Part shown: one piece after another, positions 1 to 12,236 of the stretch
Layout of the letters: each line of letters opens with the position of its first letter
How positions within the stretch are numbered: position 1 is the stretch's first letter
Source: Leucoraja ocellata
Lineage: Eukaryota
NCBI GenBank assembly: GCA_036785375.1
Contig: JAWMAR010000165.1
Span: 4,588,001-4,652,000, forward strand
Direction: 5' to 3'
DNA: 64,000 nucleotides
Translations under genes and position numbers: made by a program
Notes under the pieces: model-generated
Seen by the model: only the letters and a program-made list of their open reading frames with translations
Told to the model about the DNA's origin: nothing
Databases searched by the model: none

Positions 1-178
1 TCTATGAAGAATCTGGATAGGTGAAATTTTGAGTCAAGACCCTTCTTCAGTTGCACTGAAGAGCCCTGACCTGAAATATCACCTAACCATGTTCTCTTGA
101 GATGCTACCTGACTCGTTGAGTTACTCCAGCTCTTTGTGTGTTTTGTGAACCAGCATCTGCAGTTCCTTGTTTTTACA
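1..178. repeat. Penelope-derived pseudo-LTR fragments in inverted (head-to-head) arrangement
   Basis: acccttcttcag at ~39-50 is followed by ctgaagag...gaaatatcacc and the gatgct..cctgac..gagttactccag..ccagcatctgcagttcc module; the same module lies 3' of the GIY-YIG ORF at 46916-47010. Confidence 0.65.
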
Positions 179-199
179 TTTCTTTCTGGACACTGTTGG

Positions 200-2512
200 G
201 GGGGGATGACTGGCCAGGGGAGAGCAATAACAGCGGTCAGGTGTGTGGCACCAGGTCTGGCTCTGAGACACAGAGAAGTCTGCAGTCAGCCAGAGCCATT
301 GTGAAAGATTCAATAGTTAGGGGGACAGGCAGGAAATTCTGAGGCAGCAAGTAAGTCGCCCGGATGGTGTGTTGACTCCCTGGTGCCAGGGTCCAGGATG
401 TCTCTGAACATTCTCAAAGAGGAGGGTGAGCAGTCAGGTCATTGTGCACATTGGCACAAATTCCATCTGTAGGGAAAGGGATGAGGTCCTGCAGAGTAAA
501 TGTAGGGAGTTAGACAGAAGGTTAAAAAAGAAGGACCTCCAGGGTAGTAATCTCTGGATTACTCCCAGTGCCACATGCTAGTGAGGGTAGGAGCAGCTAA
601 ATACGTGGCTGAGGAGTTGGTGCAGGGGGCAGGGATTTGGCTTTTTGGACTATAGGGATCTCTTGGGACCATTGGGAGTTAGATGTGGCCCTTGTGGCTA
701 ATGGGATCAGGGGGTATGGAGAGAAGACAGGTACAGGATACTGAGTTGGATGATCAGCCATGATCATATTGAATGGCGGTGCAGGCTCGAAGGGCTGAAT
801 GGCCTATTCCTGCGCCTATTTTCTATGTTTCTTTGTTTCTGCAGCAAAGGTGACCTGTAAGGGAGGGGTGGTTGCATCTGAACTGGAGTGAGACCAGTAT
901 CCTGCAGGGAGGTTCGGTAGATCTTCTTAGGAGGGTGTAAACTAGAGTGGCAGAGCGGGTGGTAACAAGAGTACTAGGTCAGTGATTGGAAGGTAGAGGC
1001 CAGGGCCAGTTGTTTCAAAGGAAGGACAGGCAGGTAGAAGTGAAGGAATATGGTGACACTGATGGACTGAAGTGTGTTTATTTCAGTGCAAGGAGTATTG
1101 TGGGGAAAGCAGATGAACTGTGAGCCTGGATTGATGCTTGGGACTGTGATGATGTGGCCATTGTAGAAACATGGTTGTGGGAGGTATGCGAATGGCAGCT
1201 GAATGTTACAGTGTTTCAAGGTTGTGATCGAGTGGGAGGCAAAAGATGTGGAGGCGTTGCGCTGCTGATTAGGGAGACTGTCACGGTGGCACTCATGGAG
1301 GACATACTGGAGTGTTAGTCAGTTTAGGTGATATGGGAATAGCTTAAAAATAAGAAAAGTGCATGAACTCATGGGACTGTACTGTAGACCCCCAATAGGC
1401 AGCGGGAGATAGAGGTACAGATATGTGGACAAAATATGGACAAGGGTTGATTTAGTGGGTGACTTTAACTTCCTTAGTATTGACTGAGACTCGCACAGTG
1501 CCAAAGACTTCGATGGGGCATAATTTGTTTGGCGGATCCAAGAATGTTTCCTGAAACATTATGTGGATAGTTGAAACCGAGAAGGGGACATACTGGACCT
1601 TGTATTGGGCGATGAGCCTGGCCAGGTGACTGGTGTTCCAGTGAAAAGTATTTTAGGGGTGGTGAACAAACTCTATACTTTTTAACAGTTATGAATAAGA
1701 ATGTTTGGACCTTGGGAAAAGCAATAAATTGGGGAAGGTCAGTTACAGCATTATTAGGCTGGAGCTCGGGAGAGTAAATTGGGAGCAGTTGTTATTGGGT
1801 AAATCCATGTCTGACATGTTGGAGTTGTTTTAAGGCCAGTTGATCAATGTTTAGGCTTGTTCTAGTGAGGAGGAGGGATAAGGATGACTAACGAGGTCGT
1901 AAATTTGGTCTTAAAGGAAAAGGAAGCATGTGTAAAGTTTGGAAAGATGGAAATTGGACAGGAAATTAGACATTGAGGAAAGCGAGCAAGAAAGAACTCA
2001 GGCGGGCAATTAGAAGGGCCAATAGGGGCCATGAAATGTCATTAGTAAATTGTACTGAAATAAATCCCAAGGCTTTTTATATCCACATTAAAATCAAAAG
2101 GGTAACGAGGGAGAAGGTGGGACTGTGTAAAGATAAAGCACTAAATTTGTGCTTGGAGCCAGAGGATATAGATGAGATTCTAAATGATTACTTAGAATCT
2201 GTTTTCACCAAGGAGCAGGACACTGAGGATAGTGAGATCAATGTGGAAAACACTAATATGCAAGGGCAGTTTGAGATTAAGGAGATGTTGGGGCTCTTGA
2301 ACAGCATTAAGGTGGATAAACCTCCAGGAACTGATGGGATGACAGTTTTTGAAAGAAGAGATTGCAGGGGACTTGACAAGGATATTTGTTTCTTCTCTAG
2401 TCTCAGGCAAGATCCCAGAGGAATGGAGAGGAGCTAATGTAGTGATTTTGTTTAAAATGGGAAATGGAGATAATCCAGGGGATTATAGGCTGATGTGTCT
2501 CACATCAGTGGG
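200..2512 (+). mobile_element. Degenerate CR1-clade (HER1-like) LINE, 5' portion: ORF1 esterase, ORF2 AP endonuclease and start of RT
   Basis: IVKDSIVRGT...LPGARVQDVSE (SGNH-type ORF1) at ~295-600; LKCVYFSARSIVGKADEL...VAIVETWL (APE) at ~1065-1180; ORFs 1973-2437 and 2349-2534 (NPKAFYIHIK, ESVFTKE, IPEEWRGANVVILFK..NPGDYR); many stops and frameshifts. Confidence 0.85.
672..840 (+). mobile_element. CR1 3'-end fragment nested in the older CR1
   Basis: gggagttagatgtggccc...gctcgaagggctgaatggcct..tttctatgtttc; near-identical to 51072-51243. Confidence 0.8.
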
Positions 2513-5099
2513 AGGGAGCTTCCCGCAGGTTTGAGGATGCAAACGCATACACCAGAGGGCACTAAACTGGATAAATCTTTAAACCAGTCATGGGTAACTC
2601 CTTTGCTGGAGAATAAAATATTAGGAATGGGGGCAGCTTGCATAGCACTAGTTTACAACTTGTTCTTTCAAACCTGTTAAATAAACAGCATCACAGAAAT
2701 GTTCTGTTTATAAGTACGATTGGCTTCAGTTTGTTGCCTGGTATCCCTAGTTCATCCAAAACAGATGGCTTGTGAAGCGTGAATTCTTTCCACTTGGCTA
2801 AATGTTTCTTATATGCAAGACTGCTGGAAGTAAGCTTGGCAGCTCCCAATATTCCTCCCAGTCTGAGCTAAACCCTAATCTGCAAACAGTTCAATATGTT
2901 TTATTTCTCTCTATACACACATAAGCAGCTTTGTAGGGGAGCTTATGTATGTTCGTGAGGATTGATAACTGTTAATTATTGTTGAAAGTGCAGCGTGTAG
3001 TTGTGCAGACCATGAAGTGAAGAGGAATGGATGAGACTGGCAGGCGGGTCAGACTCATCCTGAATAGAGATTCCCCAATCCAGTCACTCAGTAGCTATTC
3101 ACATAGCTTTACCAACAGACCCACAGTCTCTGTCACTTTGCTGAGTTCCAAGCCAAGCTTTTAACCTCAGGTGCATGTGTAGTTGTGACTGCCAATCATT
3201 TAGAGCCATAAACATTATATTAACAGCTAATTGACAAACCAAGGGAAGCAGGTGCTTGGGGATGAAGGCAGAAATCCCAGCCGCTAGCCCGGGCTAGCAA
3301 TGGGGGTAGAGAGTGCATCCACAACACAGCTGGGTACATCACATGCATTGTGCTTCAGAGATAATATTTTATGAAATATAATAATTCTAAATATGTTGAT
3401 GATAATTGATAAAGCAATAAAATAGCATCTTGGGAGAAATGTATTGAACAAGATATCTCCTGCATACAAATACTTACCACAGCCACTAGTTCTGCAGAGA
3501 ATGGATCCAGCCTTGCACGTCACTCACCGAGTCAGGAAGCAAATTGGAAATTCTCAGCCACACATCCTGATGGAGATGAAATAATGATACGGCTGGCCAA
3601 ATGCGACAGATTACAGCGGCAATTCACTCACACCCGCAATTTTAGGCTGCACTGAGCAATAATTAGTACACTTGCACATATCAGCTTTGTGGATGTGACA
3701 TTACTTAGTATTAATAAACATTTCTGCTTCTTCAATCTGCACTTCATTCTCCAGTGTGAATTGTGGGCTGCAATATACAGTAATTGAGGTTTTCCAGAGG
3801 CTGTATGTGAAATGACTGACATGCTGCGGTGGTTTTCAAACAGAACACTAATGAAGGTTTATACAATGATCATGAATATCTAGGTGCATTTAAAAGCTGG
3901 ACTTTAATTGAAGAGTTTGGCTTCATTATATTGCATTAAAGATCTCACAAATCATTTGTGAGAATCGGCAACAAGTTATATAGACTTTCCTAATGAGGTA
4001 TAGCAGAGTGACCTATTAGCACCAGGACATGATAATGTGGGTGGCATCACTGATATGGCTTCCCACTGCCTACAATGCCTTTAGTCAGTTCAGGGAGAGT
4101 GCTTGCTGATCAAGAACCCCGACCTGGCAAGAAGTTAAAAATCTACAAGGCCACAATGTGCTTTTGTAAGCTTCAGTCGTCTTTTGCCCAGGTTGGAAAT
4201 GTCAGAGACTAGAGGGCAGAGCTTTAACATGAGAGGACGAGCTTTGCAGGAGTTGTTTCGGGGCAATTTTATTTTTTATGCAGAAGGTGGTGGGTGCCTG
4301 GAACCCGCTGCTTGGGGTGGTAGTGGAGACATGTGCAATAGCAGCGTTTACGAACCACAATAAGAAATTTTCCTTCGCCAGCCTGCCGTTCTTTATCAGG
4401 TGACCCCACAAGGAGTTAAATATCTCCACGCAGAATTCCTACCTCTTCTACTGCAGAATTTATGGGATCAAAAGTGGAGCTATTTATTTAAAAAAAGGGA
4501 TATTTTTAGGGCAATGTAATATTTAAAACCAAGAGAATATGGTCACAGAATAACAGAGCATCAATATTTAAGCATATTTTTAGCATGTCATGCTCAGTGA
4601 GTTGATAATGGATTTGGAGGGCAGCTGGCATACCAAGGCATCTGAAATTCAAATGAGGAAAAGTAAGGGGCCATGGTAGAGATAGGCTCATTATTCTCTG
4701 AACAGGAAATTATATCATCAAATGGCTTAAAAACGAGTTAGTTTTTTCCTCAGAAGGGGATCGTTAAATGTAATGGAATAAATTGCTGTTTTTAATCCAT
4801 TAATCTACTGCGATGCGACTATTAAAATGAAATGTGTGTTTGGCGCTCTCCTATCAACGTTCATTAGATGCTGCCTGTGAAAATGATAACTCACTGTTAA
4901 TTTTCCTGCTGAATTCAGTATTGTCTCTGTCCATTTTTAAACTCGTGTCAATTCTTTTTTCTGATTCATGCAAACATTCAGTCAGGTATCGAGTCTGATG
5001 TCCAATGCAGAAACGATATTTTCTCCTTTGAATCTGCATTTCAATTATTGAAGGTTTAACCATTTTCATCTGCAGCAAAGAAACCCGTGAGTGAGTGTG

Positions 5100-5226
5100 T
5101 CAGACGGAACTGCAGATGCTGGTTTAAACCGAAGATAGACACGAAAAGCTGGAGTAATTCAGCGGGACAGGCAACATCCCTGGAGAGAAGGAATGGGTGA
5201 CGTTTTGGGTTGAGACCCTTCTTCAA
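5100..5226 (-). repeat. Penelope-derived pseudo-LTR fragment with hammerhead-like core
   Basis: Reverse strand reads tgaagaagggtctcaacccaaaacgtcacc..gatgttgcctgtcccgctg..ccagcatctgcagttcc. Confidence 0.7.
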
Positions 5227-7009
5227 ACCTGTGAATGACCTCTGAACCTGTGCCCTTCTGAGCCCTGGTGAGACCTAGAATAATCTGGGAACGTGCTGCG
5301 GGAAGGATGGTTGAAGGATATTCAGCACTGAGAGGTTGCAGGATCTGTACATCTACACGGCATGAAGTGTGGTCCCTGTGCTGCACAACATTCTCTCTGA
5401 CTCACCTTAACCCCAGCTGTTGACAAGACCAGTTCAGCATAAGTGGTGAGTTACTATTTTCACAGGCTGAGCCAATAAACAAGTGGAGCTGATCCCTTCT
5501 ACATCCTCGACACGGGACGGCCGAAGGAGAGGTCGTTGGTGTGTGCTCGCCCCCCACCCCTCTTAGCTCTTGGCTGTGGGTATGTTTGTGGTCTCTGCTC
5601 TGTAAATTCACCCCGTGAGACCTCAGCACGGAGTGGGCATCTTGCCGTTTTCCAAAGCACGGCTGCCGTCGAGGATAATATTGGTCTCTCGAATAAAATC
5701 ACAGACCGGGAGCATATATTTCGAAATCTGGGGTCTGATGCTGAAATAAAGTTAATTATCTGAAAACAGATTGTTATATCCAAATCCAAGCTGTAGAGAA
5801 TGTAATTCCTCTCCCCAGACAGGCCAATTCGAGGCATGCAGTCAGAGACACACGGATAGTCCCAGACAACAGTGACAGGCAGATAATCCTAGACTACAGA
5901 CAGTCCGAAACACACAGACAGTCACACATATAGACATTCGCAGACAGAAAGAAAGACAGCGGGAATGGAGTCCGACAGGATACTGATACAGGATACTGAG
6001 TTGGATGATCAGCCAGATCATATCGAATGGCGGTGCAGGCTCGAAGGGCTGAATGGCCTACTCCTGCACCCATTTTCTATGTTTCTAGACAGTCCCAGGC
6101 AGGCAGTCACACACAGTTCAAGATGGGCAGACAGCTCCAAACATATAGATAGTCCCTGGCAGACGGACATCTTGTTGAAATGGTCTGACACATGCTGGTA
6201 GTGAACTCACTTGTGCTGCTACTGACATTTTCTCCCCTGCGCCTCCCTTACCCCCACCGCTTCCATATCAAGACCGGGGGATCGGTAACCTTGTTCACTC
6301 ACCACCTTGTGTCAGTGCCAGGCAGCAGCGACTGGTTCACTGCCCTCCCCTAGGGCCCACACACACCCTGAGCACACTGTCTGGAACAACATTCTGTTGC
6401 TCAGTCGAGGGTTTTTTTCGGCAATGCAGGGACTGCGAGAGCTGTCGGGTCAACGTGACAGTGGACAGTGGACTGGAGATTTGTGGATGGAGGGGTGATG
6501 AGGACTAGGGAGTAGGATTGGGAGTGAGTGTCGGGAGCAGGTATCCCGGTGTATTGTGCAAGTAGACCCACAGGCGCCAGGACAGAGTGGCCGCGCTCCA
6601 CGACAGCTGAGATGGGAGCTGTGAGAATGGACAACAACGAATGTGGTGCTGAGGGAATCCCGAACATAGAACTCTGGTCTCCAGAGGACCTGGGAGTGAC
6701 GAGAAACTCAATTTACCATCATGCCGACACAACTGGCCCACATTGTGTGATGGGATGTCACTCGACAGGCTGCATCCCTGAATATGGGCCCTGATGTGAC
6801 CCAGCACCACATTTAATCAGAAACAGGGGCTCCTGTGAACTTTGTAAACCTGGAACTGTGAACAGTGAGATCCCTGGAGAGAGAAGGGGAGGGTATGCTT
6901 CAGATGGACGGCCTTCATCAGAGGGGAGTCAAGAACACTCAATTATCACATGCATCAGATTGGAATGAATTTTGTATTCATTAATTTATGCATTCATTAA
7001 TGCAACAAC

Positions 7010-7530
7010 ACTTAGAACATAGATAGAACAGCACAGGAACAGTCCCTTCAGGCCATGTCGGTGGTAATCAAAATGCCAAGATAAATGACTGTTCTCTGCC
7101 TACACGTGATTCATATCTCTCCATTCCTCCATCCGTGCCTCTTAAAACCTCTTAAATACCTACACCTATGTTCTCTTCCTCCACTGCCAACCCTGGCAGC
7201 ACATTCCAGGGTCCCACAGCCCTGTGTAAAAAACTTGCCCCACACATCTCTTTTAAATTTTGCCTCTCTCACCTTAAAGCTATGCCTTTAGTCTCTGACA
7301 GTTTTACCTGCCACCTTATAATTTTATACACTTCAATCATCTCTCCCTTCAATGCTCCAGAGAAAACAATCCAACTTTGTCCAACCTCTTCCTTATCGCT
7401 AATACCCTCTAAACCAGGCAGCATTGTGATATAAATCTCTTCTACACCTTCTCCAAAGCCTCTGCCACTCATAATTTCATAAACCGATCAGGTTTCCCCT
7501 CAGCTTCACACTCCAGAGAAAACAATCCTA
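7010..7530 (-). mobile_element. CR1 3' fragment
   Basis: ORF 7269-7472 (MLPGLEGISDKEE..GEMIEVYKII) plus a typical CR1 3' UTR. Confidence 0.75.
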
Positions 7531-7571
7531 TTTTACCCTCTGAACATCAAATATTAATTTAAGAACCAGTC

Positions 7572-7697
7572 ACAGAAGGGTTTCGGCCCGAAACGTTGCC
7601 TATTTCCTTCGCTCCATAGATGCTGCCTCACCCATTGAGTTTCCCCAGCATTTTTGTCTCCCTTCGATTTTCCAGCATCTGCAGTCCCTTCTTAAAC
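7572..7697 (+). repeat. Penelope-derived pseudo-LTR fragment
   Basis: agaagggtttcggcccgaaacgttgcctatttccttcgctccatagatgctgcc; matches the reverse complement of 62340-62431. Confidence 0.75.
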
Positions 7698-7859
7698 AAA
7701 AAATACAAGATTTACTTCTGTTTACATGCAGGGTGCAATGCCACCATAAAAGAGGGCACCACACCCATGATTTTTCCAGCATTTTAAATAAATGATAGGC
7801 AGCAGTATCAGATGAGCATGGACTGATTCTGGGACATGTGGACTGCACGATGCTGGGGG

Positions 7860-8155
7860 TCATAGAGTCATTGATTTATACAGTGTGGAAATAGGCTCTT
7901 TGACCCAACGCCCATACTGACCAGCATGTCCCATCTACACAAGTTCCACCTCCCTCTGTTTGGTCCATATCACTCTAAACCTATCCTATCTATGTACCCG
8001 TCTAAATGTTTTTTAAATGTTGCGATAGTACCTGCTTTAACTACATTCTTCAGCAGCATGTTCCACCCACCCACCACCCTTTATGTAAAAAAGCTACCCC
8101 TCGGATTCCTATTAAATCTTTCCCTCCTCACCTTAAACCTATGTCCTCTGGTTCT
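7860..8155 (-). mobile_element. CR1 3' fragment
   Basis: Similar to the reverse complement of 20270-20560. Confidence 0.75.
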
Positions 8156-8838
8156 CAGTAACTGTGCCTTTCACCAGCTGTACTATGGTTGAGAAGGAGG
8201 TCACGGTGAGACTGTGTATTCCAGCATTACTCAGTGGGAGGGAAACGACCCTTTTCTCAGGAAGCACGAACAGTCGGTTGTGGACTGTCAGACCGTCTCC
8301 AACAGGTGAAATTGTCCTATTGTGCAGAACATCTGAAGGCACCTTGTGGAGATCTGTGATGTGTTTGGAAAGATTATGCACGGAGTGAAGCTCGAAGGTT
8401 AATTAGATGGTGTCTATGCATTCATTATGAGAGGTGCTATGTTAGGAGATAGGGATAATTACAAGACCCTGGGAATTAATAATTGTGCAGTTCAGTTCTT
8501 TTCTCTCATTTTTTTACTGATCCATCTGGGGAAACATGAAACCAAGGCACCAAAAATACATTCACAGATGTTAAAGATCTGGCACAGTGTGATGAAGTAT
8601 AAGGCAGCCTTTCTCCACTAGTTAAGCACCTGATCTCCACACAAAGGAAATAGAGCAATTGAACGTGGCAACAGGCCCTGTGGCCCATGATGTCTGAACC
8701 AATTAATCTAATCCATTCTGTCTGCATATGATCCATATCCTTCTACTCTCTACATATCCATGTGTCTATCTGAATGCCTCTTAAATGCCACTATCGTACC
8801 TGCTTCCACCGCCACCCCGGCGGCATGTTCCAGGGACC

Positions 8839-9607
8839 TCAAGCCAAGTCAAGTTTTATTCATCACTTGCACATAAAGTGCAGTGAAATGAATTTGCCAG
8901 CAGCAGTACAATAAAAAAAGAACACACAATACACAAAAAAAATTGAACACAAACATCCACCACAGCATTCATCACTGTGGTGGAAAGCACAAAGTTTGGT
9001 CAGTCCTCCTCCATTTTCCCCTGTGGTCGGAACCACAACCCTCCGTAGTCGGCGCTGCGGGCGTCCAAATGTTCAGACAAGGTAAGTCCAGGTAAGTCCT
9101 GAATCGATGGACCCCGCTCTGGATGGTAAGTCCCCGCCACGCCTACGGTAGAAGTAGGCGGCGGGATGGTGGTCGAAGCTCTTCTCCTCCCGGGTCCCCA
9201 ATGATAGATCCCAGGCTCCGGACGCAGCACCAGCTGGAGCTCTGCAGACCGCGGCCTCAGGCTGCCGCGGGCCAGCGAACGGAGCTCTCCTCTCCAGCGA
9301 CCCCCAGCGAGGGCCCGCCCGCTCCACGACGAAAGAGTCCTCGCTACGCCCGCAGCTGTAGCCCCGGGCGCATCTCTGGGAAAGGCCGCACCGATCCTCG
9401 GTTAGGCCACGAGGGAGTCGATATGGAAAAATTTGCCTCTCCATGGAGCAGGCGACCGAAGCGGTTTCCCCCTTAACCCCCCACATCACCCCCCACGCAA
9501 GACACACAGAGAAACATTAAAAACATACATTAAGACACACTAAAAAAACCAAAAAAATAGAAAAAACTAACATGCTGCAGGCAGGGCGGCTGGCTGGCAG
9601 TGCCCCC
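8839..9607 (-). mobile_element. Non-autonomous GC-rich retroposon with Rex1-like 3' tail (copy 1)
   Basis: Minus-strand 3' end aataaaacttgacttggcttg; homologous to 12237-12905 (acatcca(c/t)cacag..cactgtg(g/a)tggaa, cagtc..cctccatttt, gatcccaggctc, ggaaaggc(c/t)gcacc, gttaggcc); interrupts a CR1. Confidence 0.6.
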
Positions 9608-9874
9608 AATGACACCCTCTGTGTGAAAAAACCTGTCCCACACAGCTCCTTTAAACTTTGCCCCTCTCACCTTAAAGCTATGCCCTCCTTTCATTAACAT
9701 TTCCACCATGGAAAAGGGGTTCTGACAGTCTACCCTATCTATGCCTCTCATAATTTTATATATTTCACCGGGTCTCCTCTCATCTCCGATGCTCTGGAGA
9801 AAGCAATCCAAGTGTGTCCCATCTCACCTTATAGCTTCTAAACCTGACAGTGTTCTGGTATAAACCTCCTCTGC

Positions 9875-9942
9875 GAGGCTCATGTTGTCGACCTCCCCGT
9901 GGTGAGCCCTGTCAACTGACTTCAGTCAGGCAAACGACCACA
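9875..9942 (+). ncRNA. HDV-like self-cleaving ribozyme (family 1, with extended P4)
   Basis: P1 GAGGCUC/GAGCCCU (G1.U wobble, one A.C mismatch); P2 UGUUGUCG/CGACCACA (one mismatch); P3 ACC/GGU; L3 UCCCCGU; P4 CUGAC-UUCA-GUCAG; J4/2 G-CAAA with putative catalytic C9931. Confidence 0.8.
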
Positions 9943-10077
9943 AAAAGAGACAGCAGCAGCACTGCAGCTTGGCGCCAACTCAGAGCATTCACCCTTTTTA
10001 TGGCAGGTACCTATGGATGTCGAACCGGATGGCATCACCCTGCTGCAGACCTCTGCTACCTCAAACGCAAGAAGAAG
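9875..10077 (+). mobile_element. ~200-bp short retroposon headed by an HDV-like ribozyme, (AAG)n tail
   Basis: TSD AACCTCCTCTGC(G) at 9863-9875 and 10078-10090; tail acgcaagaagaag; the 5' end folds as a double pseudoknot. Confidence 0.85.
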
Positions 10078-11449
10078 AACCTCCTCTGCGCCCTCTCCAA
10101 AACCTCCCCACCTTCCTGCATTGGGGCATCCGCAACTGCACACAATACTGCAAATGTGGCCTAACCAAAGTTTTATAAAGCCATTACGTGTGTACATACA
10201 TCCCCTTATCTTAGACTTTGTTGGACTTTGGATAAACCAAGCATTGAACACGAGCCTCTTGGGCATGTGCTACATAAGTAAAAGTCTGTTGTTTCCTTTC
10301 TTGAACTTGCGACCTTTGGCACGTTTTGATCTGTCACCCATGTCGCGTGGATCAGTGTCAGGAGAAGCAGGGTCCTATGCTCACTGAATGCAGATGCGAC
10401 TGAAACATGTGAATATGTTGTTTCATTCCCTCCAAGACTTGAACGAAAGAATACCACAGAAGCAGGTCATGTTCTGCAGACTGACACAGTGAAATATGAA
10501 TGAGCCTCCTTGCTAGTTGCCACTATCAATCCCTGGTCTACCTGCACATTTACTGGAAGTCCAATGTAAATTGCATTAAGCCATGACTTCAATTAGAGTG
10601 TATTTATTAGGTCTTGACTGATTGAGGACTTTACTACATGTGAACCCCTTCCAAATATCAGGGACCAAAGTTCCTCCTCCCAACTAACAGGGCAATAAAT
10701 CGAGTCTCTGGCAGGAGGATAATTGGATATAGCATATTACCAGACGCACCAATCTGTGCATAGAACAGCTTGCAGTAAATGGAGGCCTGGAGTACTCCAG
10801 GATAACTTTATATTTAACAATGGAAAATCGATCCATCAAAATCTTGGCGACAATTTCTTTCATGCTTTAGCAATGGTGAATGTGCTAACCATTAATGACC
10901 AACTTAATGCTTTTTCAGAAAGCTACGAAAATCATTAGATTCATCAATGCCAGTTCCAAAAGCCCCTCCTCAGTCACAGCTGAGTGTTTTAGGCATGGGG
11001 ACCGTATTTTCCAGTCTTTCCATGGTATGTATCGTTTATATCCTAACCTAGTTCGACTTCCCAAAATACATCAACTTGCACTTAGATGGATTAAATTAAT
11101 CTGCCATTGCTTTACCTGATTTACCAGCTGATCAATATAATTCTGTGTCCTAAGATTTCACTTACTAATCATTCTTACGACATTCTCATTATGTCAGTGA
11201 TCTACGTCAGAAATAGTGGCATTCCCAGAATTGAACCAATGGTGCACGACTGGTTATAGGCCGGGAGTCACAAAAAAGCCTTCCGTCATCACCTTCTTCC
11301 TCCCATTGCCAAGCCAATTATGGGTCCAATTTGCCTTCTGGACCAGCATTTGAATGTTGTATCATGCATGAGGCCTGATTGATGTTTGTGTAGATTACCT
11401 CAACAACATGTACTGAATTGTATTTATATTGCTATTGGTTTATTATTGT

Positions 11450-11990
11450 CATATTTACTGAGATTTAATGAAAGATTTTGTTCTGCATGCTATCCATAGA
11501 GTGCAATCATAGCATTCATGAGTATGACCGATTGCAAAAGAGATAGGAAACAAAGTGCAGAATATAATGTTACAGATACAGAGAAAGTGCAGGTAAAAAA
11601 ATGTAAGGGCTACAGTGAGGTAGATTGGGAGATCAGGCATTTAAGCTTAGTACATGAGAGGTCTGTTTGAGAGCAGGAGGGAAGAAGCTGTACCTGAATC
11701 TGGTGGTACATGCTTTCAAGCATTTGAAAGCATGTACTCTATTGGGAGAGGGGAGAAAGGGAAATGACTGGTTCGCAATTATGGTGCCTGAGGCAGAGTG
11801 AAGTGAATGGTGGGAAGTCTAGTCGATGTGATGGACTGAACTATCTACAACTCTGCTACTTCTGACAATCTTGGGCATTCTCAAACCAGTTGTGCTGCTA
11901 CCCAATCGTATGCTTGCCATGGTACTTCTATGAATATGAGTAAGTATCAGTTTAGACATTGAATTTCCTTCTTAAATGTCTCTGAATGTC
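11450..11990 (-). mobile_element. Degenerate Rex1-like LINE 3' fragment
   Basis: ttattgtcatatttactgag..gaagaagctgt.cctgaatctggtggtac..; similar to 53765-54250 and to the reverse complement of the 3' part of 42985-44545. Confidence 0.55.
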
Positions 11991-12100
11991 AATTGCACTT
12001 AAACACAACTCAGCTCCATGAGAACTATGACAGTACAAAGCTCAGCACAGCTCTGCCTCCACTGTGCACCTGCACAGGGCAGCTGAGATGGAGGTCCATC

Positions 12101-12210
12101 CTAACCACAGCCCACTGGATGAGATGGGTATATCACCATTCTAACCACAACCCACTGGAGGAGATGGGTATATCACCATCCTGACCACAGCCCTCCTTGG
12201 GGAAATGGAG
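12101..12210. repeat. 40-bp tandem repeat, about 2.7 copies
   Basis: ctaaccaca(g/a)cccactgga(t/g)gagatgggtatatcaccat repeated. Confidence 0.85.
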
Positions 12211-12236
12211 GGACATTACTCTCCTGTCCACATCCC

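Larger units (their letters stand above)
8640..10180 (-). mobile_element. CR1 3' fragment interrupted by two younger insertions (8839-9607 and 9875-10077)
   Basis: ORF 9530-9811 (EIYKIMRGIDRVD..GGHSFKVRG); CR1 sequence resumes after each insertion. Confidence 0.75.

Noticed and set aside
6528-6794. 88-aa ORF in GC-richer unique sequence
   Set aside because: No recognisable motif or splice structure
12101-12210. CRISPR-like repeat array
   Set aside because: Contiguous tandem units without unique spacers, eukaryotic context and no cas genes
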